Shown here: positions 45,401 to 57,769 of the stretch, piece by piece | Layout of the letters: each line of letters starts with the position of its first letter | How positions within the stretch are numbered: position 1 is the stretch's first letter | NCBI GenBank assembly: GCA_004431415.1 | Contig: QPMI01000192.1 | Location: 1 to 64,000, forward strand | Source: Cyanophora paradoxa CCMP329 | Lineage: Eukaryota; Plantae; Glaucophyta | DNA length: 64,000 nucleotides | Direction: 5' to 3' | Notes under the pieces: generated by a model | Seen by the model: only the letters and a program-made list of their open reading frames with translations | Databases searched by the model: none | Told to the model about the DNA's origin: nothing | Translations under genes and position numbers: made by a program

Positions 45401-48400
45401 ATTATTGACGATATCAGTGGGCGATCTCGCTATTCATAATTCTTCTGCGTATAATGATGCGAGATTCGTTTTCTTCTCCAGACTCCAGCAATCGTACCGC
45501 TCTGCATGAACTCTTATATACGATCCGAGATAAGTAAGCTCGAATTCACCGTACTTATCATCATGTTGCCGTGTGCGTGTTTACCATGAAAGCGCTTTTT
45601 GTATATATACGTAGTGCGATTACCCTTTCCGGACTTCCTAATAGCGATACCTGCCTGCTTTGCGTCAAAGTGCGCACGACGTGCGCAACTCAAATTTATG
45701 CGGTAGCTGATCATGATTGTTCTCGCTCATGATCAGGCTCTTCTGGAGGCAGGCGCCGGAGACAGCATTCCACACGAATACAAAGTTCGCCTCGCCGCAA
45801 TGGGTCAGACCTCGCTGCAGATCATCGCCTCTGGCGCCCATCATTCCACTCCCGCGAAATTCGACGACTGCATTTGGGAGACTGCCACATTGCTCTTCCA
45901 GGCCACCCGCCTGATCGTAGGTTCGCGTGCGCTCCCTTCGAATTCACGACCACCTCCCGCGTTCGAAAGCCCGCCCACGTGCATGCGCACCCCCAACCGG
46001 CGCCTTGATCAGAGCGCACGAATGTCGACCCCAACGTGCGCGATTCAGAGGGCCGCACTCCGCTGCACCTCGCCGCCGAGAAAAACTTCTTCAGCTCCTC
46101 CGAAATCCTTCGGGTGCATAGTATAAGTATCTCGGCTTAAGCTTAAGCTTGCTGGGCCGGCGCCGCACGAACTCGTCCCGTTTCGCCATGCGCATGCCGC
46201 TGAGACGCTTGTGAGCCGTTGAGCCGTCACGTATGCGCGCGCGCAGGCCCTCCTCAAGGGCGGCGCGGGGCCTCTCGAACTCAACGCTACGGACCGCAAG
46301 CACCGGTGCGTGTGTGCGTTTACGCATATACACGCGTACGGCGCAGCTTGCACGTCTCACGCGTACGCGCCGAAGCACGCCGCTGTACGCGGCATGCGAG
46401 GCCCGGTGCACCGCCAGCGTCGTCGCCCTGCTGGAAGCTGGGGCGGACCCTATGCTCAAGCCTCCCGGCTCCCGTCCCGCTCTGATCATGCTCTTTAAGG
46501 TGCGTCTTCATTGCAAGCCGCGGAAGAACCTGATTTCCGAAGATTGTATGTGCGTTTTTCGTAGCCCACGGGCGCGCGCGACGGCGTCACAGACACAGTG
46601 CGGGTTCGAATTCTTTGAATTCTGTATATTGTAAAACTTGCATTCGAACTCTGTCTTGTCGCTGAGCTTGAAATCGGCCACACAGAGGGGAATGGCACTG
46701 AGTATCTTCGTGGCGAAACATGCAACCCAAAATTCGATCGAACTACCCGGTCTAGATCTGTCTGTTGTTCGGATCTTTCGGAGTCGACTTGACGCCATTT
46801 GCAATTGTGTCGCAAGCGCAGACGAGACTGGACGAAACCTTCTCCACTACTGCGCGCTAAGGGTTGGCCCCGGCCTGCTGCAGCCGTGGCGCATTCGCAG
46901 ACTCGTAATGATCATGATCTATTGTGCATCCCCCCCACACAAAGGAATCGGGATCGGCAGCTATGGAGATGATGGGGTCCTTGAAGTACCGAAGTAAGGA
47001 ACCGATCTCTTTGGCCCGAGCCCTGGAGAGCAGGACGCCTTCAGGTCCGCTCCAAGTGAACAATGTATATCAATTACTGCGGCGCGAGCCTGAAATTACA
47101 CCATGATCAGGCCGGACGCCGCTTATGACGGCGATAGCTGAGAACAATCAAGATGCTTTCGAGGCTTTTCTCCCCCTCTCGGATCCCCTTGCGGTTGTTC
47201 GTCCTTTCCTCTCCCAAATGGATATCCCTATACCCTGTCTAGTCTTCGCCCTACAAATCGCATCGATATCTCAGGATGCAGACGGGGCGACGGCGCTTCA
47301 TATGTGCATAAATTCGAGACAATGGAAGGCGAGCACTCTAGCTCTACTTGTTCTGCATCTCCTCTTGCGACCGATCGCAGATGATGGAAGAGATCTTGCG
47401 CAGATTCCCGAGGGTATGTGTGTGCTCTAAATTACAACACCCATTACATGTACACACGTAATTCTCTGACGTTCCCTCGAGGCGGCGAATGGAACAGACG
47501 GTTACGGCCGCACAGGGCTCCATGTGTTCTTGAGCGAGACATGGGTCGCGGACGAAAGGGGTTGGCTACTCAGAAGCAACCTCGCTCATCTCACCGACGT
47601 CACCATCCAGGCGAGGTCGAGCTCGCTTGCGAACGAAATGATTTTAATCTAACCTTCGGATGTACGTGTTGCAATTGCAGGATTGTCGTGGACAAACGCC
47701 GGTTCTCGCTTGCGCTGTCATTCGCTTAAGCTTGCCAGCACGCAATGGCCTCGACTGATACCTCGTGCTCCGCAGCTGCACGTTGCCGCACGCCATGGGT
47801 GCCAGACCAACAGTAAGAAGGCGGTCCTACTCGAACTCCTGAAGGACCAGAAGGCGCGTTCATGGCGCCGGCTGCAGCTCCGGATCCGCCCGAGAGGTTT
47901 TATGCCACCGGCCCGTGCGCAGGCCACCGAGGCGCTCGCGATCCAAGACAAGACGGGGGCCACTCCCCTCCACATCGCAGCTCGCGTGCGCCTCGCCGCC
48001 CGCGCGGCGCGGCGCCGCGCTGCCGACTTAAGCTTAAGCTCTCCACAATTGACGACGCCTAAGCCTCGCTTGTGATCGAAATCGAAATCGAAATTCTTGA
48101 ACTTAAGCTTATAAATTAAGATCGCGATCGAAACCGAAATATTAATCAAAATTGAACGTGATCGAAATCGAACCTCGAACTTGAAACGCAGTGGTGCGGC
48201 GGCAACGCGGAAGGCGTGCGGGCGATGCTGGAGGCGGGGGCCCCAACGGCGGTCCGCGACGACCGCGGGTGCCTCCCCAGCGAGGTGACCGCGATTCGAT
48301 TCGACGTATTTGCCCGCCTCTAGCTTCGGCTCCGTGTCGGCGTCGCAGCCTTAGAGGCCCGCGCCGCTGATCATGACCACGAGGTTGTGCGTGCCGCGCC

Positions 48401-48637
48401 GCAGGTCGGCTTCGAGAGTGCCCGGAGGGTCATAGAAGGCAGGCGCCTCTCGTTCACGCGCAAATCAAAGATCGCCGCGTTTCGTTCTGCTAACACAACG
48501 CAGAATTTACGCAGAACTCGAAAGCGGAAAAAGGGCGGGATCTGGATCTGGAGGCAACGGAAGAGATGGCCATAGACGAGATGGAAGAGGGTCCGGGGGC
48601 AGCGAAGCGCGCGAGGCACTCTCCCGTCCAGCCGTAG
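42473..48637 (+). CDS. F-box + leucine-rich-repeat + ankyrin-repeat protein (probably one gene; possibly two adjacent genes split near 44100-45000)
   Basis: F-box: ISSMP|DDILVKIFSRV...RASRRFRALSRQPELW (42592-42828). LRRs: CPNITHLSL, NLVHLNLCY, FPRLEQLDLSRT...LPALRELFL. Ankyrin repeats: DGSTALHAAA (45259), GRTPLHLAA (46050), TPLYAACEARCTASVVALLEAGADP (46376), GRNLLHYCA, DGATALHMC, GATPLHIAA (47956), VRAMLEAGA. Stop TAG at 48635-48637. Confidence 0.8.
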
Positions 48638-49153
48638 CGGGCCTGCAGCTGCAGCTGCATGCGCAGGACGATGTCGCTGTTCAATATGATGAATCGCGGC
48701 GCCGGCAGTCTTGCGTCTTGCCTCGCAATCGCCGTCCCGGGTCCCTTGCCTCGCAATCGCAATCCATGTTTAGTTCTGTAGAGAACCGTTGACTCAGTGA
48801 TCATGAATCGTTATATATCATGATCATACATATATATGCATATGATCCAGTAGTAACTGCGATCATGATCATGACCACATGTCGCATCGCCGAGCACTGA
48901 GCAGTCTAGAGCCCTATAAAAGCCCCTCATGATCACGAATTCGAAATGAAAGCCACTCATGATCATGATCACCTCCGGATCCAGACTCAGATATGCAGCT
49001 CGGCCCCCTGTTTCCGCGATTGCCTGGCATTTACAGAGTCTGATCCTAACTACGCTAGAAACTGCAGATGGCATCGATGGCATCGATATCTGAATAAATA
49101 ATCCGCGGCGGCGCCCCGCGGGCTCCGCCCAGCGCCGGGCGCCCGGCGGCCGC

Positions 49154-52100
49154 CTACACGTCGAATCGAGTCACGGGCGACGAGCCCGCCCCCGCCCCCG
49201 CCCCCGCCGCGGCTCCGGCTCCGGCCCCGGCGCCCGCTCCGCTTGCGCCGAAGTTCACTGCGGGGCGCCCGTCGCGTCGGCGGGCGGGGCGGGCGCTCGC
49301 GCTCGCGGGGCGGGGCGGGGGCCGGCCGCGCGCACGGAACATCGGGGCGCCGCCTGCGGGGCCTGGAGGCTCACAGCGCCCGTCGAGTAGGCGGCCCGCG
49401 GCGGAGCCGCCACGTGCAGCAGCGGCGGCGTCTTCGCAGGCGGCGGCGGCGGCGGCGCCGGCGCCACCCGCGCCCCGTCCCCTCCCCCTCCCCCGCCGCT
49501 GCTGCCGCGCTCCATGAGGCGAGGAGCCGGGAGGAAGGGAGGGAGGGAAAGGCGGGCTGGGGCGGGGGTACCGGACGTGCTCGGCGCGGTTGGCGGCGGC
49601 GATGCGCTCCGCCGCGTCACCGGCGGCCGCCGCCCCGTCGCGCTTCTTCGTGATCGTCCAGCCCCCGCCCCACGCGTCCCTGCACGGCCCGGCCCGGCCC
49701 GGCCCGGCTCAGCTCGAGCAGAGGCGGGCGGCTCGGCCCGAGGCGGCGGGGCGGGAGGGGGCACCGCATGCCGCCGCGCATGGAGCGGCCGGCGGACTGG
49801 ACGCCCTCGCGGAAGCGCGAGGAGATGCCCCGCATCGACCGCCCGATCCGCGCCGTGATGTTCCCCGCCCTGCGAGAGAGGAAGAGGGCGAGCGGTCGGC
49901 TTGAGACGGGCGAGAGGAAGGGAAGCAGGAGCTAGACAGCTTGGAGCCAGCGAGCGCGAGCGAGCGGCCGGGCGCTCTGTTGCTAGCTTCGAGGGGAGGA
50001 CGAGGGAGGAAGGAAGAGAGGAAGGGAAGTAGGAGGCGTACCCGGCGAGGAGGGTGCCGACGAATCCCCTGTACTCCCCCATGTCCATCCCCATCGCCTT
50101 CGCCTGGGCGATCTGACGGGAATTGTCTGGGGGGTACGGGGCCGAAGGAGGGGCCGGGGGCGGGGCGGCACCTTCGTTCGCTGGTCGCGGACGTACCACC
50201 AGGCGGCGCCGCCGCAGAGGCCGACGAGGAGGAGGGTACCCCCCACGACGCAGACGACGATCACGACCGTCTTTTGCGTCGCGGTGAGGCCTGCGGGGCG
50301 GGGCAAGGGCGGTGAGGCGGGCCGGGGCGGCCGAGGGGCCGAAAAGAGGAGAAGAGAAGTATGGCGCTGGGCCGCACCGACGGTCGGCTCCTCGCCGATG
50401 TTGATGGGCGTGGGGACCGTCAGGGCCGGCAGGCGGTGCGCCGCATCGGTCGGCGTCACTGCACCGGAGGGGGGGGGGTACGCGTCAGTCGCGATCTTGC
50501 GCCCCAACCCCTCCCCCCACGGGAGCGCACGGACGAGGTACCCCCCCGAGAGGGCGAGGTCCTTGGGGACCGCCAAGTCGTACGTCGTACCCTGCCGACC
50601 CCGCGCTCGCAAGGGGGGGGGGGGGGGGGGGGGACGGGGGAAGGGGGGAAGGGGGAAGGGGGTCGCACGGAAACGTCCGTCGCGACCTCGCGCCGGAACG
50701 CGCCGCCTGTACCCCACTCAGGCGCGAGCCGGGCGGGGCTGGGCGGGCGCGGCCGGACCCTGGTTCTCGATGGCGAGGGTCCAGCGGAGGGCGGGTACAC
50801 TGGTCTGCCACGCCACGCGGATCGTCTTCCCGGGCTCGAGGTACCCCCCAGGCGCCGGCGATGTGAGGCTCACAGTTGCCGCTGGCCCACGCTGGTCAGG
50901 AGGGGGAGCGGGCGGGGGAGGCGAGGCGGGGCAGGGAGGGGGTACCGACGACGGAGCAGGGTATATCCTTGAAGGTCTCCGTTGTGGAGCCCGAGCGACG
51001 CGCCTAGGCGGGGGATCGGGCCGGGTACAGGAGGAGGAGGCGGTGGGTGTACGGCACCAGGACGCGGATGGCGGCGGCGCTGGCCCCCTGCGCCGAGAAG
51101 GGTACAGTGATCGTCGCGTTCCCGTTCTGCAGGATGAAGTCTTAGCACGGAGGAGGGGGGCGGGAAAGAATCGGGGGTACGGGGCTTCTTCTTCTGACCT
51201 GGCCGAGGCCGGTGCGGAGGACGGTGACGTCAGCGCCGGCGACGAAGGCGATCGTGACGTCCGACGGCGCAGACATGGACCACTGCGGCGAAAAAGGGGG
51301 TATGCGTCAGCAGGGCCGGAGGGGGTAAGGGGCGGAGCGGGAGGTACCTGGAGATAGTGGGAGGAGAGGGGCAGCAGGGCGGGGTTGGCCTTTAACAGGG
51401 CAGGCAACTCTGCAACCAGCACGTCGCCTGTACCCCCCGCGCGCGGAATGCACGTCAGACGGGGCGAGGGAGTGGTGGGGGAAGGAACCGCACGGGAGAT
51501 GGAGAAGGGGAGGCTGGTGTACCCCACTGACTCGGGGTCGAGCTCGCTCGTCACGCGGACCTGCGGGGGTACGGGATTAAATTCGAGGGGCGGAAAAGGG
51601 CCAGAAAGGCGCAAAGGGAGAGAGTTGGGGGGTAGGGGTATAGGCGCACGAAAAAGGCCGGCCCCTCGCGCTCGGGTACGGTGAACTCGACGCTGCGGGG
51701 GGACGGGCGGCGTCGGCGGGGCGGGGACCGGGGGTACGGGGCGCGACCGACGGGGGGTAGGGCGCGCCTGCCGATGTACTTGAAGGCGTTGGAGGGGTCG
51801 GCCCTCCAGCCGGGGTCCGCGAGCGTTTGCAGGGGCGCCGCGTCGCAGGCGTACCCCCCCGCGACCGTCGCGTTCTGGACGCACAGGTGCAGGCTCACCT
51901 GAGGGGGGGAGCGGGGTTCGCGGGGAGTCAAGGGGGGGGGGCGGAGGCTTCTGGGGGGTACGGCGGCCCGGCCGACCTTGTCGATGCCGATGCCGATGGA
52001 GGGCGAGCCGGGCGAGTCGGCGCGGGGCGCGAGGGGTACGGCCACCGACATGAAGACCTTGTACGAGCTGCGCGGGGGGCGCGTGAGGCCGGCGGGGGCG

Positions 52101-52926
52101 GTGGGGCGAAGGCCCTGGCCCGGGGCGCAGGCGCGGGCGGCACCTCCCGATGAAAACTCGGGCTTCAGAGAGGGCCTCAACCTTCAGCGGGGCGGCCTGC
52201 GCGGCGGGCGGGCGGGCGAGTAAGGGGCGGGCCGGGGCGGAGCGGGGCGTGCGGGGCATGCGGGCGGGGGCGGGCCTGCGGGGCGAAGATCTGGGTCGTG
52301 GACGTCACGCCGGCGTTGCCGGCGCCGTTGACGCGGACGCGGAGGTAGTATTTCTGGCTGAACGTGACCGGGTAGTCGCTCGGCTTGAAGTACCACTGAG
52401 GGAGGGATGGCGAAAGGCGGGCATCGCAGAGTCAGCCGCCGCCGCTCTCTCCGCGCGCGCGCAGAGAGGCGGCGCGGCGCGCACGTCGAAGACGTTTGGG
52501 GCGGCGTCCGAGAACGGCCAGTCGGTCTGCAGCGTGTACTTGGCGCTCCCCGCCCCGTCCTGCGGCGCGGCGCGGCGCGCTCAGGCGCCTGAAGGCTGGG
52601 GCGCGGCCGGGCGGGCGGGCGGCCCGCGCTGGCTACCTCGAAGACCTCCAGCCTGGCGGTTCCCGACATGCCATTGACCGTGAACTCCACCTTGTAGGTC
52701 GTCCCGCGGTTCTTTCGGGCTCGCTCGTTAGCTAAGGGCGCGGAGACTGGCAAAGCAGGCCCGGGCGCACTGTTGTGATGGCCGTGTTGAAATTGGACTG
52801 CTGCCGCGTCTCGGGGGTAGTGAACACCACCAGCGCGGTCGCGGACGCCGATGCAAACAAAGAACAGATGGAAAGGGCTGCTAGCGCGCGTAGGAGCGCC
52901 TCCCTTCTCCTCCTCCGCCTCTCCAT
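49154..52926 (-). CDS. Type-I membrane protein: signal peptide, several beta-rich extracellular domains, TM helix, Pro/Ala-rich tail
   Basis: N-terminus MERRRRREALLRALAALSICSLFASASATALVVFTTP. Beta modules such as VSLTSPAPGGYLEPGKTIRVAWQTS. TM segment TVVIVVCVVGGTLLLVGLCGGAAWWYVRDQR (~50270-50178). Stop at 49156-49154. Regular introns. Confidence 0.8.
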
Positions 52927-53295
52927 CTACACTTGGCCTGCCTCCTCCGCGTTAGCTTGTAGGCTGTGGCTTAGCTATCTTCAGCAATGAGGCGGCCGAT
53001 CTACGCCGGACGAGGCTGGAAGGCAAGCTGACGCGGGGGAGACCACGAGGAAGGTTGCGAGCGCTGGCTATGCTGGGCAGCACGGCTACGCGTTACGGCG
53101 GGTGTATGCAGCCAATTGAAAGCTGATCTGGACCTTTTGGTGGGGCGCCGGCAGGCAACAGTTTCGCGTAGCCCTGTACCCTGTTAATGAGACCCCCCCC
53201 GGGGGGGCGGAGGGCTGGGGGACGAAAGTTGACCTGGCCTTGAAAAGTTTTAGCGCGTGTTTGACGCAGGCGTGCAGCCTGCTGAGCCCGCCGGC

Positions 53296-55690
53296 ATGGC
53301 GGGCTCGTCAACTCTTTGTGGTCTGCTCGACCACCAGGCGGCTAGGCAGCCACAGCACCGAACCGGAAGCCCCAGCGCGGCAGTGTCACAGCCGCCCTCC
53401 CCAGCAGGCCGATTCTCGGCCATCGCCTCGAATGTTCCTCTGCTAGCTAGTGCGCTCTCAACTCCGCGGCTGCCGGCTGGCGTCGAGCGGTTCGAAGCAA
53501 CACTTGACCGCTACGTTTCCGCGCTCCGAGGGTCGCTCCAGGTGCGCTGCGACTCTACGAGCGCTTGGCGGCCGCCAGAAACTCCAAGTATGCCTTCAAG
53601 TATTGGAAGTGACCGCTCCGCACCGCAGGCGCTCAAGAGCGAGCACGGCGAGATCAACGGCACGCAGGCGACAAGCCCGCAGAAGCGGACCCCCGAGAAG
53701 CGCGTCGCCCACCTGCTGGAGGAGATGAGGCTGGAAGTTTTGGGCCGCTACATCACTCTCTATGCGGAGGTGCGTTCCCGGAGCGTTTCTGTCCGCTGCC
53801 GCGTGACTTGCGCGCGCGCAGAGCACGAACAACGCGAGAGAGGCGGCGGGCCCGCGGGGCAGGCTATCCCAGACCGACAGAGAGACGAGCATCCGAAAGG
53901 AAGATCTGGAGGCGGACAGGACGGATCCGGCGGCCCCGCCGGCGGCGGCCCAGCGGAGCTCTTCAGCCTCGTCGGCGGCGGCCCCGGAGGAAGCGGCGGG
54001 AGCGGCGGGGCCGGGCACGTTTGCGCGGGAGCTCCACGCTGTGCGGGCCGAGGCGGAAGCCTCCAGGGCGGCGGAGGTGGCGGCGCGGGCGGAGCTGGCG
54101 GCGGCGCGGGCGGATGCGGAGAGCGCGCGGCGGGGGCGCGAGGGCGTCGAGGGGCGGCTGCGGGCGGCGGAGGGCCGCGTGCGGACGCTGGAGAGCAACC
54201 TGGATTTCGAGCGGCGGGCGGCGCGGGAGGAGGCGGCGGCGCGGGCGGCGCTGGCGGAGGAGCGGTCAGCCCTGGCGGCCGAGCGGGAGACTCTCCTCCG
54301 GGAGCGGGCCGGGCTCGAGGAGGCCCTGAGGCGGGCGGGCGGCGGGCCGCCGCCGCCGCCGCTGCAGCGGAGCCACGGGCGGCGGCGGCGGGCGCGGGGC
54401 CGCCCGACCCAGCGGGAGACGTCGCAGGGCGAGCGGAGCTGCGGCAGCGGCAGCGACTCGGATAGCGGCCCGGAGCTGGCGCCGGCGTCGGCGCCGGGCC
54501 CTGCGCGGCGCCCGAGCACGCGACGGCCCCCGACGAGCGGCTGCCCACGCCGCCCCGCCCCGCCGGCGGAGACGGACGCGGCGCCGGCGCCCTCGCCGCA
54601 CCTCCGCCTCCTCCGCCGCCGCCAGTGCCGGCGGCGCCCTGCGAGCGGTGCGCGGAGGCCGAAGGCCAGCTGCGGGCCTCGCGGGCGCGGGTCGCCGAGC
54701 TGGAGGCGAGCGTCGGCATCATGGAGCGAACCACGCGCGGCCTGGCCAAGAAGGCGAGCGAGGGGGCCCGGATGACCCCGCGCCCCGCCCTGCCGCCATC
54801 CCCGCGCTGACGCCGGGGCGGCGCAGCTGCACAAGTACGAGTCGGACATCCGGTCGCTCTGCGCGATCTTCGAGAAGGAGCGCGCAGCCATGCGCGAGCG
54901 GGTGCGCCGGCGCGGGCGAGGCGGGGGCGGTGCGGCGCCGGGCCCGGACTGACGGTGGCGGTGCCGGCGGCGGCGCAGATCCGGTTCCTGTCCGAGTCGA
55001 ACCCGGAGCGGGCGGGGGCGCCGGGCCGCCGGCGGTGGAGCAGCAGGCGCTGCCGCCGGCGCTGGCGATGGCGCGGCAGCACCGGCGGCGGGCGCGGGCG
55101 CCGCCGGGGGCCGCCATGCTCCAGGCGCCCCCGAGGGGGAGGGCGAGGAGGGCGAGGGCGAGGGCGAGGGCGAGGGCGAGGGCGGCGGGAGCGGAGCGGA
55201 CGGGGCGAGCGAGGACTCGCGGGGGACGACGTCGCCTGTGGGGCGCTGCCTCAGCAGCAGCTGCTGCGACGCCGCCTCCGACCCCGCCGAGTCGCCCACC
55301 GGCGCCGCCGCCGCCCCCGCCACGCCCGGAGCGACCCCGCCGCCGCTGGGGGGCGGGCCCGTGCACCTGGGCAGCCCCGAGGAGGGGAGCGACCCCGCGG
55401 CCCCGGCCTCGGCCCCCGGCCCCGCCCTGTCCTTGATCTCGCTCCCGCCGCCGGAGGCCGCTCCGCCGCAGGCCCAGGTGGAGGGCAAGCCGGCGACGGG
55501 TACGGAGTTCCGGCGCTCGTGGAGCGCGGACTGGGCGGCCTCGGGGATGGTCTGGATCGCCCGCAAGGGGGCGACGTACCACCGCCGCGAGTCGTGCCGC
55601 CTCGCGCGTGGCTCCGGCCTGGGGCCCCTCGTCCACGTTCCCCTCTCCTCCCTCAACCTCGAGTCGTACCAGCCGTGCCTCTTCTGCTGA
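53296..55690 (+). CDS. Coiled-coil protein with C-terminal Ada-like metal-binding motif
   Basis: Heptad-rich segments RAELAAARADAESARRGREGVEGRLRAAEGRVRTLESNLDFERR and CERCAEAEGQLRASRARVAELEASV. C-terminus VWIARKGATYHRRESCRL...YQPCLFC* with stop at 55688-55690. Start approximate. Confidence 0.7.
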
Positions 55691-56720
55691 CGTCGACGCG
55701 GTCCGAGTCGAGCCCTGCGTCTCTCTTTTTACCTTTTCCCTCCGAGCGCCAGACACGCGCGCCCGATTTTGTTTCAAGCAGACTTCGCACCATGCTCTGT
55801 AGTCATCGACTTTAGATAGTTTGGCTGTTCTGTTACCTGGACTTGTGTAGGGGGTAGGTAACCCATTTTTCTCACTCTCTGTTGTACGCTAGAGTTCTCG
55901 CCCTCTTTTATGGGGAGGCAGATCCAATTCTGAAACCATAGAACCTGTATTTCTTCAAGACTTTTCGACGCATGAGGCTACGTATACAGGCCAGTGCTCA
56001 GCTGCTGCGGTTGGGCGCCGCAAGCTAGCGCTATAGCGTCCGCTATCGCTAGCGTACGGCGAACTTCTACAGCTCGCGTCGCCTCGCGATACTCGATCAT
56101 GATCAACGACTCGCGCGCGGCGCCGCGGCGCGCGCGCGTCGCCGCGGTGCGCCCGAGCTGCGCATGCGCGCATGCGCGCATAAGAAGTTCGGCAAATTCG
56201 AATTCGATCGCGATCGATGTGGATCATCGGATCGAATTCGAAGCTCGAGGCCTAGGAACGTTCATGATCCGATGATCATAATCAGGATTCGTATACCGTA
56301 TACCGTTTACGTAGCAAGCACTAGCACTAGTACGTAGGTACACTGGGGCCATTCCTCGCATCGCTGCAGCTGGCAATGCCTGGCATTCGCTGCAGCTGCC
56401 AGCCTGCCACAGCCTGCCAGGCTGCAGGCTGCAGCGCTTGCGCATGCACCAACTTGGCAAGTTGCATGAACTTCGGAACTTGCATCAGCGCTAGCCTCCG
56501 AGGCTCAAGACGCGGGTGAGCCCGGCCGCGGGCGTACGCGTTTAATTTGCATGTAAATGCAAAAACTGTAAAGTCCACGACGAACTATGAAAAGTGCTTT
56601 CTCGCGCCAGGGGGTACGCCTCGACGCCCCGGGTACGACCGTTCAGTGGTGCGGTGTCTCAGTTGTCCGGGTCGCGTTTGAGAAGTCAGCTTCCCTCCCA
56701 CATCCCTCTCCTCTTCTACA

Positions 56721-57769
56721 ATGGACGGCGGCGGCGGTGCTTCCTACAAGCTCTTCGGTGCGCGGCGTCACCGCCCATTTCCTCGCTGTCGTCGATTCTG
56801 ATTTTCGCGCGCTCCCCCACGCGAACGTGCCGTCGCAGTTGGTGGTGAGTGTTTATTCTTCATTCTGAAGGACATAACAAGCCCCCGCCCCCGAGGAATC
56901 GGACGCGATGACCATTCTCGCTCCCGACCGCCGCGGGCCCTCGCTCACGACGTCCTTTCCTCGACACTCAGGCCTTTCGTGGGGCACCACCAACGATGGC
57001 CTTCGTGCGGCGTTCGAGAAGTACGTCTCCCTGGCTCATTCCCGCAATTTTTCCGGTCGCGTCAACTGACGGTCCCCCGCAGGTACGGCAACGTCACCGA
57101 GGCCAAGGTCATCACCGATTACGAGGTGCGTTCTGTGACGCGCGTCCCCCGTTCGCCCTTTCCTGACGATCGCCATGCAGACCGGCCGCTCCCGCGGCTT
57201 CGGCTTCGTGTCGTTCGCGTCTCAGAATGAGGCCGATGAGGCCAAGAACGTGCGTTTTTATTGCCGTACGTTCGCTCTTTCAAGGCTCTGAGATTCCGCC
57301 CGCAGAACATGAACAATGCCGAGCTCGATGGCCGCACCATCCGTGTGGACTCTGCCACCGAGCGCTCCGGCGGCGGCGGCGGCGGCCGCGGTGGCTTCCG
57401 TTCGGGCGGCGGCAGCGGCGGGTGCGTGTGTCTCGAACCGCCACTGATCCGACCTATGATTCTATGCTCCGCTAGATACCGCGAGTCCCGTGACCGTGAC
57501 CGTGAAAGCTCCGGTCCTTACGGTGGTGGCCGCTCCGGCAGCTATGGTGGTCGCGGCGGGTACGGCGGCGGTGGCAGCTACGGCGGCGGCAGCCGCGGTG
57601 GTTACTCGCGCGGTGGCGAGGGCGGCTACGGTAGGTCTCCTTGCATCCTTTTCCTGTTCCTGAGGAACACACGCTGATCCCCTCTTTTGCAGATGACCGC
57701 CCGCGCCGTGGCGGCTACGGCTTCGGCGGCCAGCAGGGCGGCGGCCAGGGCAGCGGCGACCGCTGGTAA
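56721..57769 (+). CDS. Glycine-rich RNA-binding protein (single RRM + RGG tail; CIRBP/GRP7-like)
   Basis: Spliced [57 protein letters not shown]...NMNNAELDGRTIRVDSATER, with RNP2 KLFVGGL and RNP1 RGFGFVSF, followed by a YGG/RGG tail. Stop TAA at 57767-57769. Confidence 0.96.
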
